Source: a virus (Duplodnaviria; Caudoviricetes). Taken from it: a stretch of 44,149 bases of DNA. The stretch covers positions 1-44,149 of IMG/VR virus record IMGVR_UViG_3300032330_000720; one strand, given 5' to 3'. Positions within the stretch are counted from its first letter, which is position 1, and each line of letters begins with the position of its first letter. Positions 9,024 to 18,529 of the stretch are shown here, piece by piece. The notes beneath the pieces are model-generated. The model ran no database searches. It was not told the DNA's origin and worked only from the letters and a program-made list of their open reading frames with translations. The position numbers were made by a program, and so were the translations under genes.

Positions 9024-9449
9024 ATGAAGGCACATTCTCGTAAACACCACGCTAAGGGTGGTGAAGCAGAACACGGAGTCGTTGAAAAAGACGAAGCCGT
9101 GAAGGACGTCTACGCAGGTGGTAATTCACCTACGGAAAAGGAAGCACAAGAGCGCAAGCACGGCGGTCGTGCAAAGCGCAAGCATGGTGGCAACATTGCT
9201 CATCTTAATGCAATGCATAAAGAGCATCACCATGAGCATCCTAAGGCTGAACATCGCGCAAAGCGTAAGCGTGGTGGTCATGTAATGCATGCAGAACACG
9301 CTGTAAAAGGCGAGCATGCAAAGCATCGTGCAGACCGTAAGGCTCGCAAGTCTGGCGGCGAAGTTGGTGCGAACATGCACCCCTTCTCGACGGCTCATAA
9401 GGGTGTTGAACCCGCGAAGCACAAGTCTTACGAGCCAGAACACGACTAA
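9024..9449 (+). CDS. His/Lys-rich small protein with five xKxGG motifs
   Basis: About 22 His in 141 aa. Motifs HAKGG, RKHGG (twice), RKRGG and RKSGG. Confidence 0.7.
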   Translation: MKAHSRKHHAKGGEAEHGVVEKDEAVKDVYAGGNSPTEKEAQERKHGGRAKRKHGGNIAHLNAMHKEHHHEHPKAEHRAKRKRGGHVMHAEHAVKGEHAKHRADRKARKSGGEVGANMHPFSTAHKGVEPAKHKSYEPEHD

Positions 9450-9457
9450 GGAAATCG

Positions 9458-9485
9458 GAGGGGGTGTAAAAGCCCCCTCTTTTCT
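9458..9485 (+). terminator. Rho-independent terminator closing the capsid operon
   Basis: GAGGGGGT-GTAAAA-GCCCCCTC stem followed by TTTTCT. Confidence 0.75.
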
Positions 9486-9500
9486 CCATAAAGGTGATAC

Positions 9501-9743
9501 ATGACCGCAGCGTGGACACGCTCTGAAGGTAAATCGCCGTCCGGTGGCCTAAATGCCAAAGGGCGCGCTTCTGCTCGCACTGAGGGGCATAATCTGAAGG
9601 CTCCAACAAAAGACAGTGACAATCCACGTCACAAGTCATTTTGTGAACGTATGACGGGCGTGAAACGTAAAATGACTGGTTCGGCAAAAGCCGCTGACCC
9701 TGATAGCCGCATTAACAAATCCCTTCGCAAATGGGGTTGCTGA
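9501..9743 (+). CDS. Small basic phage protein (DUF6321-like)
   Basis: AWTR.EGK...GGLN.KGR...R.KSFC.RM...DPDSRINKSLRKW.C signature. Confidence 0.75.
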   Translation: MTAAWTRSEGKSPSGGLNAKGRASARTEGHNLKAPTKDSDNPRHKSFCERMTGVKRKMTGSAKAADPDSRINKSLRKWGC

Positions 9744-9904
9744 TGGAAAAGGCTTTCTGGGACAAAAAATTGCCAAAAGATCATCACACAAAACACTTGT
9801 CGCATAAGCAAGAACAAAGTGCTAAAGCTAGGGCGCGGGCTGCAGGGCGGCCGTATCCTAACGCTGTCGATAATGTGGCAGTTGCGCGTAAAGGTAAAAA
9901 ATGA
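9743..9904 (+). CDS. Small basic phage protein, 53 aa (not in ORF track)
   Basis: MEKAFWDKKLPKDHHTKHLSHKQEQSAKARARAAGRPYPNAVDNVAVARKGKK. Overlaps both neighbours (TGATG and ATGA junctions). Confidence 0.7.
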   Translation: MEKAFWDKKLPKDHHTKHLSHKQEQSAKARARAAGRPYPNAVDNVAVARKGKK

Positions 9905-10368
9905 CAGCCGTTGTCCAACTATTTGACAGCAAAAATTGTAATGGTTGCAAAACAGTTAAACCAATAACTGATTTTTGGAAAAGTCAAAGTTTGTGTATTT
10001 CTTGTGCCAAAGAAAGACAGAAAAATAGGTGGGATAGCCGTAACCCTAAAAAACGCTTAGAACAACATTTAAAATATAAATATTCATTAACAATTAATGA
10101 GTTAATGGATGAATTAAAAAAACAAAATGGTAATTGTGCTATCTGCGAAACGCAATTGCCGGACCTTTTGGTGTACAATAATCGTCGCAGAGGGTATGCT
10201 ATTGACCACAATCATGAAACTGGAAAGTTTCGCGGAATTTTATGCTTGAAATGCAATTCTATGCTTGGAATGGCGTGTGATAGCATTGATCTATTGGGTA
10301 AAGCAGCGGACTATCTTTCGGTTCGAGGATCGTATCACAACGCCGCTGCGGCACGGAAAAAAGGGTAA
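9901..10368 (+). CDS. Endonuclease VII-like (HNH-fold) free-standing nuclease, probable homing endonuclease
   Basis: CxxC pairs, QNGNCAICE and IDHNHETGKFRGILCLKCNSMLG motifs. AT-richer than its flanks and located among structural genes. Confidence 0.85.
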   Translation: MTAVVQLFDSKNCNGCKTVKPITDFWKSQSLCISCAKERQKNRWDSRNPKKRLEQHLKYKYSLTINELMDELKKQNGNCAICETQLPDLLVYNNRRRGYAIDHNHETGKFRGILCLKCNSMLGMACDSIDLLGKAADYLSVRGSYHNAAAARKKG

Positions 10369-10374
10369 ATAATC

Positions 10375-11214
10375 ATGGCTACGATCCAACAAACAGGCGT
10401 TACAGTACCTTCAATTACTCGCCAAGGGTTGATTGAACCGTTTGACCTTCAGGTTGGACGCGGCATGATACCAAATCATCAGCCCGTTCAAATTTTTGGC
10501 TATAGCACCTTAGTTGGTAGCACGGCCCTTGGCCCATTGTGGGAAGGGCTTACGCTTTCAGGCGGTACATATTCCTACCCATCTGCGACAGGTCAAGTTG
10601 TTTTGGTCAGTTCTTCAGCGTCGGATACGTCGGCTTTGAGCGTTCAAATTCAAGGGTTGGATTCAAATTACAATTTGCTTTCAGAAACAATTGCATTGAA
10701 TGGCACGTCAAACGTCACTTCAGTGAATAGTTATTTCCGCATCAATAGTTTGTTTTGCACGAATGGGACAAACGTAGGAACCATCACGGCTAAGATTGCA
10801 ACTGTGCTTTATGCTCAAATCAACGCTGGTGTCGGCCAATCTCAGGCTTCTATTTACACTGTTCCATCGGGTTATTCGTTTTATCTTGATTATATTCAAG
10901 CAAATGCAAGCATTGGGTTCACGTCCAGCAATTACATGATTTATGCGGAATATAATAAATTAAATCTTAATCAAATTCCTGTCGGTGGTGCTGCTACGGG
11001 CCTAAATGGCTATAACCCATATGTATCTACTGGGTCAGTAACATTGACTGGACAGTCGCCATTTGTACAAATTTTTGAAATTCCATATTCTGCTCCGTTG
11101 TACCACGGCGGTGGCACGGATATTCAATTCCAAATTAAAGCAAACAGTGGCTCGCCATTTACGGCATCTATTTTTGCTGGTGGTTATCTAATTAAAAATG
11201 ACGCTGCTGCATAA
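10375..11214 (+). CDS. Virion structural protein (putative)
   Basis: EPFDLQVGRG.I..H, VQIQGLD..Y...SETI.LNG and YTVP.G motifs; late operon. Confidence 0.6.
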   Translation: MATIQQTGVTVPSITRQGLIEPFDLQVGRGMIPNHQPVQIFGYSTLVGSTALGPLWEGLTLSGGTYSYPSATGQVVLVSSSASDTSALSVQIQGLDSNYNLLSETIALNGTSNVTSVNSYFRINSLFCTNGTNVGTITAKIATVLYAQINAGVGQSQASIYTVPSGYSFYLDYIQANASIGFTSSNYMIYAEYNKLNLNQIPVGGAATGLNGYNPYVSTGSVTLTGQSPFVQIFEIPYSAPLYHGGGTDIQFQIKANSGSPFTASIFAGGYLIKNDAAA

Positions 11215-11223
11215 GGATAAATT

Positions 11224-11919
11224 ATGTCTAACGTCACAATATCAGGACTTCCTGCTGGTAGTGCTGTATCAAGCAGCGACATATATCCAAGTACACAAAG
11301 CGGAACGACAAATAAAGTAACAGCAGCACAGCTTGCCACATACTTTCTTGGCGGGACTGGCGGACTTGCAACGACTGTTGTTGGAACAGGTGCAGCTACG
11401 GCTACGTTTGGAAGCAATGGCGCTTATAATCTTGTTTTGACAAGCAATGCTGGCGGTTCGGGCCAAGGCACAATTACAATTAATCAGGGTTCAAATGCTG
11501 ATATTGCAATTGCACCCAATGGTAGCGGTAAAACAACTGTTGCGTCTGCTTTATCTGCAACTGGATCGATTTTATCATCAGGTACTGGTGGTGTTGGATA
11601 TGCGACAGGCGCTGGCGGTACGGTTGTTCAAGGAACTTCGCGCACAACTGGTGTTACAATTAACAAGCCGTCTGGTCAGATCACTATGTTTACTGCGGCT
11701 GGCGCGGCTACAGCGGCAACTTTTACAGTGACCAATAGTACCGTGGCGGCAACTGACGTTGTTCATGTTACGGTCGCATCAGGTGCTACAAATCTTTATG
11801 TGTTACAGGTAACGGCAACTGCTGCTGGTTCTTTCAATATAACATATTATACTACAGGCGGCACAAATACTGATACGCCCGTTTTGAATTTTGCAGTAAT
11901 TAAGGGCGTTACAGCTTAA
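11224..11919 (+). CDS. Short fibre/spike-like virion protein
   Basis: N-terminal TISGLP...D.YP..QSGTT.KVT domain. C-terminal VQGTSRTTGVTINK.SGQIT...FTVTNSTV...LNFAVIK beta domain. Confidence 0.6.
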   Translation: MSNVTISGLPAGSAVSSSDIYPSTQSGTTNKVTAAQLATYFLGGTGGLATTVVGTGAATATFGSNGAYNLVLTSNAGGSGQGTITINQGSNADIAIAPNGSGKTTVASALSATGSILSSGTGGVGYATGAGGTVVQGTSRTTGVTINKPSGQITMFTAAGAATAATFTVTNSTVAATDVVHVTVASGATNLYVLQVTATAAGSFNITYYTTGGTNTDTPVLNFAVIKGVTA

Positions 11920-11929
11920 TAGGTGATGG

Positions 11930-12664
11930 ATGACCACTAGCGGTACATACCAGTTCAACCCCTCTCTTGGCGAGTTGACGCTCTATGCCTTTAATTTGGC
12001 TGGAGTGCGTAGTACTGCTATTGCCCAAGAGCATATGGAATCGGCGCGCATGGCGACGAATCTTATGCTGGCCCGATGGGCTAACCAAGGCGTTAATCTT
12101 TGGGAAGTTAATCTTGTTACGATCCCATTAACGACGGGCGTCTCAACATATGCCGCTGGCGTTAATTCCTCTACCGGGCTTCCTGATGCAAGCGATGCAA
12201 ATCGCACCGTCATGGTTTTGGACGCATATGTCACCACGACAAGTGGCGGTCAGAACATTGACCGAATCATTTTGCCTGTAAGCCGCACGGAATACGCATC
12301 GTATCCTAATAAGAGCCAGCAAGGATTCCCGACTATTTATTGGTTTGACCGCTTGATTAGCCCAACTATCACGATCTGGCCTGTACCAGATACGACAACG
12401 GGTCCGTCCACGCTTTCGTATTATCGCGTAACACAAATTCAAGACAGCAACTTTACTGGTGGTCAAACGGTTGATGTCCCGTATCGTTGGCTGGATGCAT
12501 TTGCCAATGGTCTTGCTTATCGTCTTGCAAGACTTTGGAACCCGCCAATGGTTCAGATGCTCAAGGCTGAAGCCGACGAATCATATGCAATTGCCGCTCA
12601 ACAAGACACTGAGTGGACGAGCATGTATATTTCGCCACAGGTTTCCGGCTATTGGCGCAACTAG
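11930..12664 (+). CDS. Head-tail adaptor/connector protein (putative)
   Basis: MTTSGT..F...NLML..WANQGVNLW...SRTEY..PNK..QG.P...WPVPD...RW.DA..GLAY.LA pattern. Confidence 0.7.
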   Translation: MTTSGTYQFNPSLGELTLYAFNLAGVRSTAIAQEHMESARMATNLMLARWANQGVNLWEVNLVTIPLTTGVSTYAAGVNSSTGLPDASDANRTVMVLDAYVTTTSGGQNIDRIILPVSRTEYASYPNKSQQGFPTIYWFDRLISPTITIWPVPDTTTGPSTLSYYRVTQIQDSNFTGGQTVDVPYRWLDAFANGLAYRLARLWNPPMVQMLKAEADESYAIAAQQDTEWTSMYISPQVSGYWRN

Positions 12665-12673
12665 GAGGCGTAA

Positions 12674-13417
12674 ATGGGTTACGCTTCAAGGTCTGGACGG
12701 GCTAGGGTTAGTTCAAAAAACCCTCAAGCCTTTGGCATTTGCGACAGATGCGGCTTTCTTTACAATCACGTTAATTTGCAATGGCAATTTGATTGGGCTG
12801 GTGCGTCCCTGATCAATAAGCGCATTCTTGTATGCAATCCATGCAATGATTTGCCACAAAACCAACTTCGCGCGATTGTTCTTCCTGCTGATCCAGTTCC
12901 AATTATGAATCCGCGTACTCAAAATTATGCGGCGGCGGAAACAGACAACATTATCACATCCGGCACGACAACGACTGACCCAACTACTGGACTGCCTATT
13001 ACGGTTCCGGTTTATGTTGTGACGCAGGATGGTCAAACCACTTCAAATCAAGCTATTGGTATTCCGGGTGATATTGACCCCAATGCTATTCCGCCTCAAT
13101 TCCAAAGCACGGCATATGGCGTTGTCCTCCCGGTTGTTTCTATGGTTGTAAGCAGTGACCCAACCATTGTTACTGTAACTTGTTCCGCTCCTCATGGTTT
13201 ATCGACAAATAGCCAAGTTGCGGTTGAGGGAACGGGTAGCACAAATACGGATGGGTTTTTCAGCGTTACGGTGGGTACGTCACAAACAACATTTACCTAT
13301 ACAATTCAGTTCCCATTATCAGTAGGAACAAGCATTCTTGGCTCTACAACTTTGGTAAAAACTGCTATAGTAGGTATACCATATGATTTCGCGCAGATTC
13401 CACAGACTAGGCCGTAA
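12674..13417 (+). CDS. Zn-ribbon-containing virion/neck protein
   Basis: CDRCGF...VCNPCND.PQ..L...DP.PI..PR N-terminal domain plus a VTVT...PHGL beta domain. Confidence 0.6.
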   Translation: MGYASRSGRARVSSKNPQAFGICDRCGFLYNHVNLQWQFDWAGASLINKRILVCNPCNDLPQNQLRAIVLPADPVPIMNPRTQNYAAAETDNIITSGTTTTDPTTGLPITVPVYVVTQDGQTTSNQAIGIPGDIDPNAIPPQFQSTAYGVVLPVVSMVVSSDPTIVTVTCSAPHGLSTNSQVAVEGTGSTNTDGFFSVTVGTSQTTFTYTIQFPLSVGTSILGSTTLVKTAIVGIPYDFAQIPQTRP

Positions 13418-13419
13418 CC

Positions 13420-16284
13420 ATGACCACAGTGACCATTCCAAATCTTCCGGCGGTTACGTCTCTAACGGGTTCTGAAGTTGTTCTTGGCGTTCAGTCAAAT
13501 GCCTCTGTCAGAATAACGACACAGCAAATTGCCAATCTTGTACCAACGACAGGCGGAACAGTTACGCAGGTTAATACCGGAACTGGTTTGACTGGTGGCC
13601 CGTTTACGACCAGCGGAACAATTTCTATTGGCAATACGGCGGTTACGGCTGGATCATATGGTTCTGGAAATTCCGTCCCAACTTTTACCGTCAATGCTCA
13701 GGGACAATTAACGGCGGCATCTAATACTTCAATTGCTATTTCCGCTTCGCAAATCACTTCGGGCGTTCTTGACGCGGCGAATGGCGGTACGGGCGTTAGC
13801 AATAGCGGTACAATTACCCTTGGCGGCAATTTAACCTTTAATGGTTCTTATACGACTGCTTTTACCGTTACCGGAAACACATCATTAACACTTCCAACAT
13901 CAGGAAATGTGATCAGTTCCGTGACAGGTGTAGCGCCAATTACGGGAACGCCCTCCAGCACGACTTATCTTCGCGGTGACGGAACATGGGCTACGGTTAA
14001 TGCTGGGGCTGGAACAGTCACAAGTATTACCGCTGGAACGGGCTTGTCTGGTGGAACAATCACATCATCCGGGACAATTGCGCTTGCCAATACAGCCGTA
14101 ACAGCCAATTCTTATGGTTCATCTACGGCAATTCCAACATTTACAGTTAATGCCCAAGGTCAGCTAACCGCAGCTTCAACAGCGGCTGTCATTGCTCCTG
14201 CCGGGACTTTGTCAGGCACAACGCTTAATAGCAGTGTTGTTTCGTCATCTTTGACCAGCGTTGGCACAATTGCATCTGGCACATGGAATGGAACAACCAT
14301 TGGGCCAACTTATGGTGGAACGGGTCAAACAACCGTTTCGACTGGCGACCTGCTTTATGGCTCTGGCGTCAATACATGGTCTAAACTTGCCGCCGGAACA
14401 AATGGCTATGTATTAACACTTTCTGGCGGCGTACCAACATGGGCGGCGGCCTCTGGTGGTGGTAGTGGCACTGTTAATAGCGGCACCTCTGGCCAGCTTG
14501 CTTATTATGCATCAACAGGAACAGCAGTTTCTGGAACGACCACAGGAACGGGCGTTCTTACGGCATTGAGCAATGCTGTAAACGGCACTAATGGCGTTGC
14601 AACAACAAACGTTACAACCCTTTCAAATCTATCTTCCATTGGCACGGTTACTTCCGGCACATGGAATGCAACGGCAATTGGCCCAACATATGGTGGCACG
14701 GGTCAAACAAGCTACGCCACGGGTGATATTCTTTACGCTTCGGCCACAAACACGCTTTCTAAATTAACAGCAGGAACTAACGGATACGTCCTGACATTGT
14801 CCGGTGGCGTTCCAACTTGGGCTGCTGGCGGCGGTTCAATGGTTTACCCGGGCGCTGGCATTGCCAATTCTACTGGCTCTGCGTGGGGTACATCTTATAC
14901 AACAAGTGGTTCTGGTACTGTGTTGGCCTTGGCAACAACACCAACATTTACCACAAGCATTACCTCGCCATTGGTTTTGGGCGGAACTGCGACAAGTGCT
15001 TCTCTCGTCCTACAATCAACGTCTGGTATTGGCGCAACTGATTCGGTTGTCATCAAGGTTGGCAATAACGGTGCAACGACAGCATTGACTGCCGCTTCTA
15101 GCGGAACGGTCACAATTGGTACACTAAACCTTACCAATGCCCTTGGCCCGACATATGGCGGCACGGGCTTAACTGCTGTTTCAACTGGCGATATTATTTA
15201 TGGTTCTGCCACCAATACATGGTCGCGCCTTGGTGCCGGAACAAACGGTCAATATCTGACTCTTTCAAGCGGCTTACCTGCTTGGGCGGCGGTTGTTGCA
15301 CCTGCTGGAACTTTGACCGGAACAACGCTCAATTCTACGGTTGTAAATTCATCATTAACTTCTGTTGGTACTATTGCAACGGGCGTTTGGAATGGCACAC
15401 AAATTGGTGCAACGTATGGCGGTACTGGGCAGACAACATATGCAACAGGTGATTTGCTATATGCTTCAGCTACAAATACGCTTTCCAAATTAACGGCTGG
15501 CACAAACGGATATGTTCTTACATTGTCCGGTGGTGTACCTACATGGGCCGCTGGCGGTGGGTCTATGGTTTATCCCGGTGCGGGTATTGCCAACTCCACT
15601 GGTTCAGCTTGGGGTACTTCCTACAGCACAACTGGCTCTGGTACGGTTGTCGCATTGGCAACGTCTCCGACAATCACCACGCCAACAATCAGTGGTAACG
15701 AAACGCACACAGGAACTGGTGCGCTGTTTCTTGCAGATTTTACAAATGCTACGGTTGCGTCGCGTTTTGCTTTTCAAACAAGCACGTCGAATAGCACAAC
15801 GGGTATTTATGCTCTGCCGTCTGGAACAGGCACTGCCGCTTCTTGGCAAGCAACTAATGCCGCCGATCCAACCAATGCCTCAAAAGTTCTTATTGCAACC
15901 AACGGTACCACAGATGTGCAATTGGTTTCTGGAATTAATGGCACAGGCACATATCTTCCGCTTTCGTTTTACACAAACGGCACTGGTCGTTTTGTTATTA
16001 ATACATCAGGTGCATTAGGTATCGGACCAACAGCAACTGCATCTTATGGGTCATCAGGTCAAGTTCTGACATCTGGCGGGTCTTCAGCCCAGCCATCGTG
16101 GACAACGGTGTCTGGCGGAGCGACGGGTGGTGGTACGGATGCGATCTTCTGGAACAACGGTCAAACGGTCAATACGTCTTACAGCATTCCTGCAAGCACA
16201 AATGCAGGTACTTTTGGCCCCGTCACCATTGGTGCGTCTGCCACGGTAACTATTCCATCATCTTCAACTTGGACGGTGATCTAA
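13420..16284 (+). CDS. Long tail fibre protein
   Basis: 954 aa, T/G/S-rich, with GTVT.V..GTGL.GG and YGGTGQT..TGD.LY repeats. C-terminal GATGGG.DAIFW.N..GPVTI...W.VI module. Confidence 0.85.
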   Translation: MTTVTIPNLPAVTSLTGSEVVLGVQSNASVRITTQQIANLVPTTGGTVTQVNTGTGLTGGPFTTSGTISIGNTAVTAGSYGSGNSVPTFTVNAQGQLTAASNTSIAISASQITSGVLDAANGGTGVSNSGTITLGGNLTFNGSYTTAFTVTGNTSLTLPTSGNVISSVTGVAPITGTPSSTTYLRGDGTWATVNAGAGTVTSITAGTGLSGGTITSSGTIALANTAVTANSYGSSTAIPTFTVNAQGQLTAASTAAVIAPAGTLSGTTLNSSVVSSSLTSVGTIASGTWNGTTIGPTYGGTGQTTVSTGDLLYGSGVNTWSKLAAGTNGYVLTLSGGVPTWAAASGGGSGTVNSGTSGQLAYYASTGTAVSGTTTGTGVLTALSNAVNGTNGVATTNVTTLSNLSSIGTVTSGTWNATAIGPTYGGTGQTSYATGDILYASATNTLSKLTAGTNGYVLTLSGGVPTWAAGGGSMVYPGAGIANSTGSAWGTSYTTSGSGTVLALATTPTFTTSITSPLVLGGTATSASLVLQSTSGIGATDSVVIKVGNNGATTALTAASSGTVTIGTLNLTNALGPTYGGTGLTAVSTGDIIYGSATNTWSRLGAGTNGQYLTLSSGLPAWAAVVAPAGTLTGTTLNSTVVNSSLTSVGTIATGVWNGTQIGATYGGTGQTTYATGDLLYASATNTLSKLTAGTNGYVLTLSGGVPTWAAGGGSMVYPGAGIANSTGSAWGTSYSTTGSGTVVALATSPTITTPTISGNETHTGTGALFLADFTNATVASRFAFQTSTSNSTTGIYALPSGTGTAASWQATNAADPTNASKVLIATNGTTDVQLVSGINGTGTYLPLSFYTNGTGRFVINTSGALGIGPTATASYGSSGQVLTSGGSSAQPSWTTVSGGATGGGTDAIFWNNGQTVNTSYSIPASTNAGTFGPVTIGASATVTIPSSSTWTVI
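14270..15665 (+). repeat. Intragenic fibre repeats: four copies of a ~55-aa unit and two copies of a ~35-aa extension (approximate bounds)
   Basis: IGPTYGGTGQT..TGD.LY.S..NT.SKL.AGTNGYVLTLSGGVPTW occurs four times. AAGGGSMVYPGAGIANSTGSAWGTSY occurs twice. Confidence 0.8.
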
Positions 16285-16285
16285 A

Positions 16286-16807
16286 ATGGGTAATCTTACG
16301 CTCAGTGGAGCCACTTCTGGTCAGATAACAGTAACCCCAACCGCCGTTGCGGGAACAAATACGCTTACGCTTCCCGCGATTACAGGTACCATTGGCATTT
16401 CCGGCCCTGCATTTAGTGTTGGGTGCAATGGCACTCAAACAATTTCAAACACAACTCTTACAAAAGTTACGTTTGCCACAGAGCCATTTGATACAAATAA
16501 TAACTTTGCATCTAACACTTTTACGCCAACGGTAGCTGGTTATTATCAAATTAACGCTTCTTGTTCGGTAGGTGCTGGCACATCAATTACAAACTGTACT
16601 ACTGCTATTTATAAAAATGGTTCTTCTTGGTCACAAGTTTATGGTGCAGCTTACACATCAACAACTGCGGCTTCTGCCATTGCTGACGTTGTTTATTGCA
16701 ATGGTACGACTGATTATATTGAACTTTATGTTAGAGCAAATGGCTCAGGAACCTTAACCGTTCTTGCAGTGACTTTCATGTCAGGTTGCTTTTTAAGGAG
16801 TACATAA
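16286..16807 (+). CDS. Fibre tip protein with C1q/TNF-like domain
   Basis: PAFS...KVTF..E.FDT...F....FTP.VAGYYQIN...IYKNG...NGTTDYIELY motif. Confidence 0.75.
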   Translation: MGNLTLSGATSGQITVTPTAVAGTNTLTLPAITGTIGISGPAFSVGCNGTQTISNTTLTKVTFATEPFDTNNNFASNTFTPTVAGYYQINASCSVGAGTSITNCTTAIYKNGSSWSQVYGAAYTSTTAASAIADVVYCNGTTDYIELYVRANGSGTLTVLAVTFMSGCFLRST

Positions 16808-16808
16808 T

Positions 16809-17393
16809 ATGACCGCTCTTCTTAAAACCACACAAATTCAAGAGCCGTCATCAGCTACGGTTAACATCACGTTGGATACTTCTGGCGGGACGTCGGTTAA
16901 CTATATCCAAGGTTCTCTTATTAACGGAACTGCCTTACCGTCCACATCTGGATCAACAATTGATTTTTCGGGTAGCACTGGTGTGCCATCGTGGGTAAAA
17001 CGTGTAACAGTTTTATTTGCTGGTGTTTCTTTATCCTCATCAGGAAACCTTCAAGTTCTTTTGGGTACAGGTGTCGGTCCTACATACACAACATCTGGTT
17101 ATTTGGGCGAAGTGACCACTCAAAGCGGTGCTACTGCTGCAAATCTTAGTACTGCATTTACATTAACCGCTTCATCTTCGGCTGCTGTTTTGTGGAGCGG
17201 CGCATTAACATTATATAATATAACAGGAAATACTTGGGTTGCATCATCGCAATTAGCATCTTCTGGCACGACAACTAGCCAATATATGCAAGGCTATATT
17301 GCTTTGGGTTCCGCCTTGACAGCAATTCGAGTTAATAGTTCTGGCGCTGATACGTTCGACGCTGGCACAATCAACATTCAATATGAGGGTTAA
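16809..17393 (+). CDS. Small fibre-associated/receptor-binding protein
   Basis: STSG.TIDF..VPSWVKRVTVLF.GVS...DTFDAGTINI.YE pattern. Confidence 0.65.
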   Translation: MTALLKTTQIQEPSSATVNITLDTSGGTSVNYIQGSLINGTALPSTSGSTIDFSGSTGVPSWVKRVTVLFAGVSLSSSGNLQVLLGTGVGPTYTTSGYLGEVTTQSGATAANLSTAFTLTASSSAAVLWSGALTLYNITGNTWVASSQLASSGTTTSQYMQGYIALGSALTAIRVNSSGADTFDAGTINIQYEG

Positions 17394-17398
17394 TACAC

Positions 17399-18088
17399 AT
17401 GGCAATTACCCTTAACGGAACAACTGGTGAAGTTTTCCCAACGTGGACAACAGCTACCCGTCCTGCGTCTCCTTCAACTTCACAAACTGGATATAACACC
17501 AGCATAGGAAGTCTTGAAACATACAATGGAACATCGTGGACCAATACTGTAAATACGCAGGGCGGTTTTAGATCGTCAGCTACGGCATATTATACTGGAT
17601 ATGGAATTGGTTCTAGCGCCGCCTCTACAATAACATTAACAACAAACCGTGTGTATTATGAAAATTTTGTGGTTGGACAAACTACAACTTTTACAAAAAT
17701 AGGATTAAGAGTGACAACTGCCGAAGCTGCAAAAGTGGCTCGTTTGGGGATTTATAATTGGTCTTCTGGAATTCCGACAACATTGTTATTGGATGCCGGA
17801 ACTGTTTCGTTGGCGGCAACAGGTGAAGTTGAAGCAAGTATTTCTCAATCTCTTGGGCCGGGAAATTATGCTTTGGCTTTTATTTCTGACGCAACAACAG
17901 CAGCTTTAAGGGCGGCTACTTTGTCAGTTTCATTAAGTTGTTTCCAATATGGTTTGAATGATACAAATTCAGCGACAAATACAGGTGCTTTTTACGAAGC
18001 GGGAACTGGAACAACTTTACCAACAACAGCTACAACAAATCCAACAAATTTAACTGCAACAGTTCCATTAATTTATATGAGGGTTTAA
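17399..18088 (+). CDS. Small fibre-associated protein
   Basis: PTWTTATRP.SP..G.YNT...LE.YNG.W N-terminus and an RLGIY...PTTLL.DAG beta domain. The 3' half is AT-rich. Confidence 0.6.
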   Translation: MAITLNGTTGEVFPTWTTATRPASPSTSQTGYNTSIGSLETYNGTSWTNTVNTQGGFRSSATAYYTGYGIGSSAASTITLTTNRVYYENFVVGQTTTFTKIGLRVTTAEAAKVARLGIYNWSSGIPTTLLLDAGTVSLAATGEVEASISQSLGPGNYALAFISDATTAALRAATLSVSLSCFQYGLNDTNSATNTGAFYEAGTGTTLPTTATTNPTNLTATVPLIYMRV

Positions 18089-18090
18089 CA

Positions 18091-18414
18091 ATGATTTATA
18101 AAAAGTACTCACTTTATCAAAATGGCGTTTTAATTTATCAAGAAGACAACAGGCTTGTTTCTGTTTGCGCGCAAGAAAAACTTGCAGAAATTCGTGCAAA
18201 TTGTGCGGAGCGCATTCGCGAAACAGGTATTGATTGGATGGCTGTTCGTGAAATTTCTGGTGGCACAGCAATACCACAAGAAATAAAAGATTTGTGTGCA
18301 TCATATAGGGCCACATCAAATAATTTAGAAAATCAAGTAAAACTATTGCAAGTGAATGCTTTATCCGACGAAGATAAACAAACTTGCGATATAATAGAAA
18401 ATATAAGTTTTTAA
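18091..18414 (+). CDS. Tail fibre assembly chaperone-like protein (putative)
   Basis: DWMAVRE...GTAIP.EI...R...N.LE pattern; follows the fibre genes. Confidence 0.5.
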   Translation: MIYKKYSLYQNGVLIYQEDNRLVSVCAQEKLAEIRANCAERIRETGIDWMAVREISGGTAIPQEIKDLCASYRATSNNLENQVKLLQVNALSDEDKQTCDIIENISF

Positions 18415-18529
18415 TTTAACCGCAAGGAAAACGGACATTATGTTTGGTAGTTGCAACGCAGTTCTGTCCGCTTTAATTATGCTGAGTGGGAATACGTTTC
18501 CCCAAATGCAATATAATGGAGATTAAACA

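Noticed and set aside
9901-10368. EndoVII ORF as part of a group I intron
   Set aside because: There is no non-coding flank for a ribozyme core; the ORF overlaps the upstream stop and ends 6 nt before the next gene.
2697-16284. GG dipeptides in fibre, decoration and capsid proteins as GG tags
   Set aside because: They occur in Gly/Ser/Thr-rich structural repeats or folded domains without the basic or aromatic upstream context.
13420-18088. Diversity-generating retroelement targeting the fibre tips
   Set aside because: No reverse transcriptase is present, and I saw no TR/VR pair differing only at adenines. The repeats differ at synonymous positions of all bases.
18415-18529. Intergenic gap with a CGGACA/TGTCCG inverted repeat and a 25-codon ORF
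   Set aside because: The stem is short with a large loop and the ORF has no clear support, so no function can be assigned.
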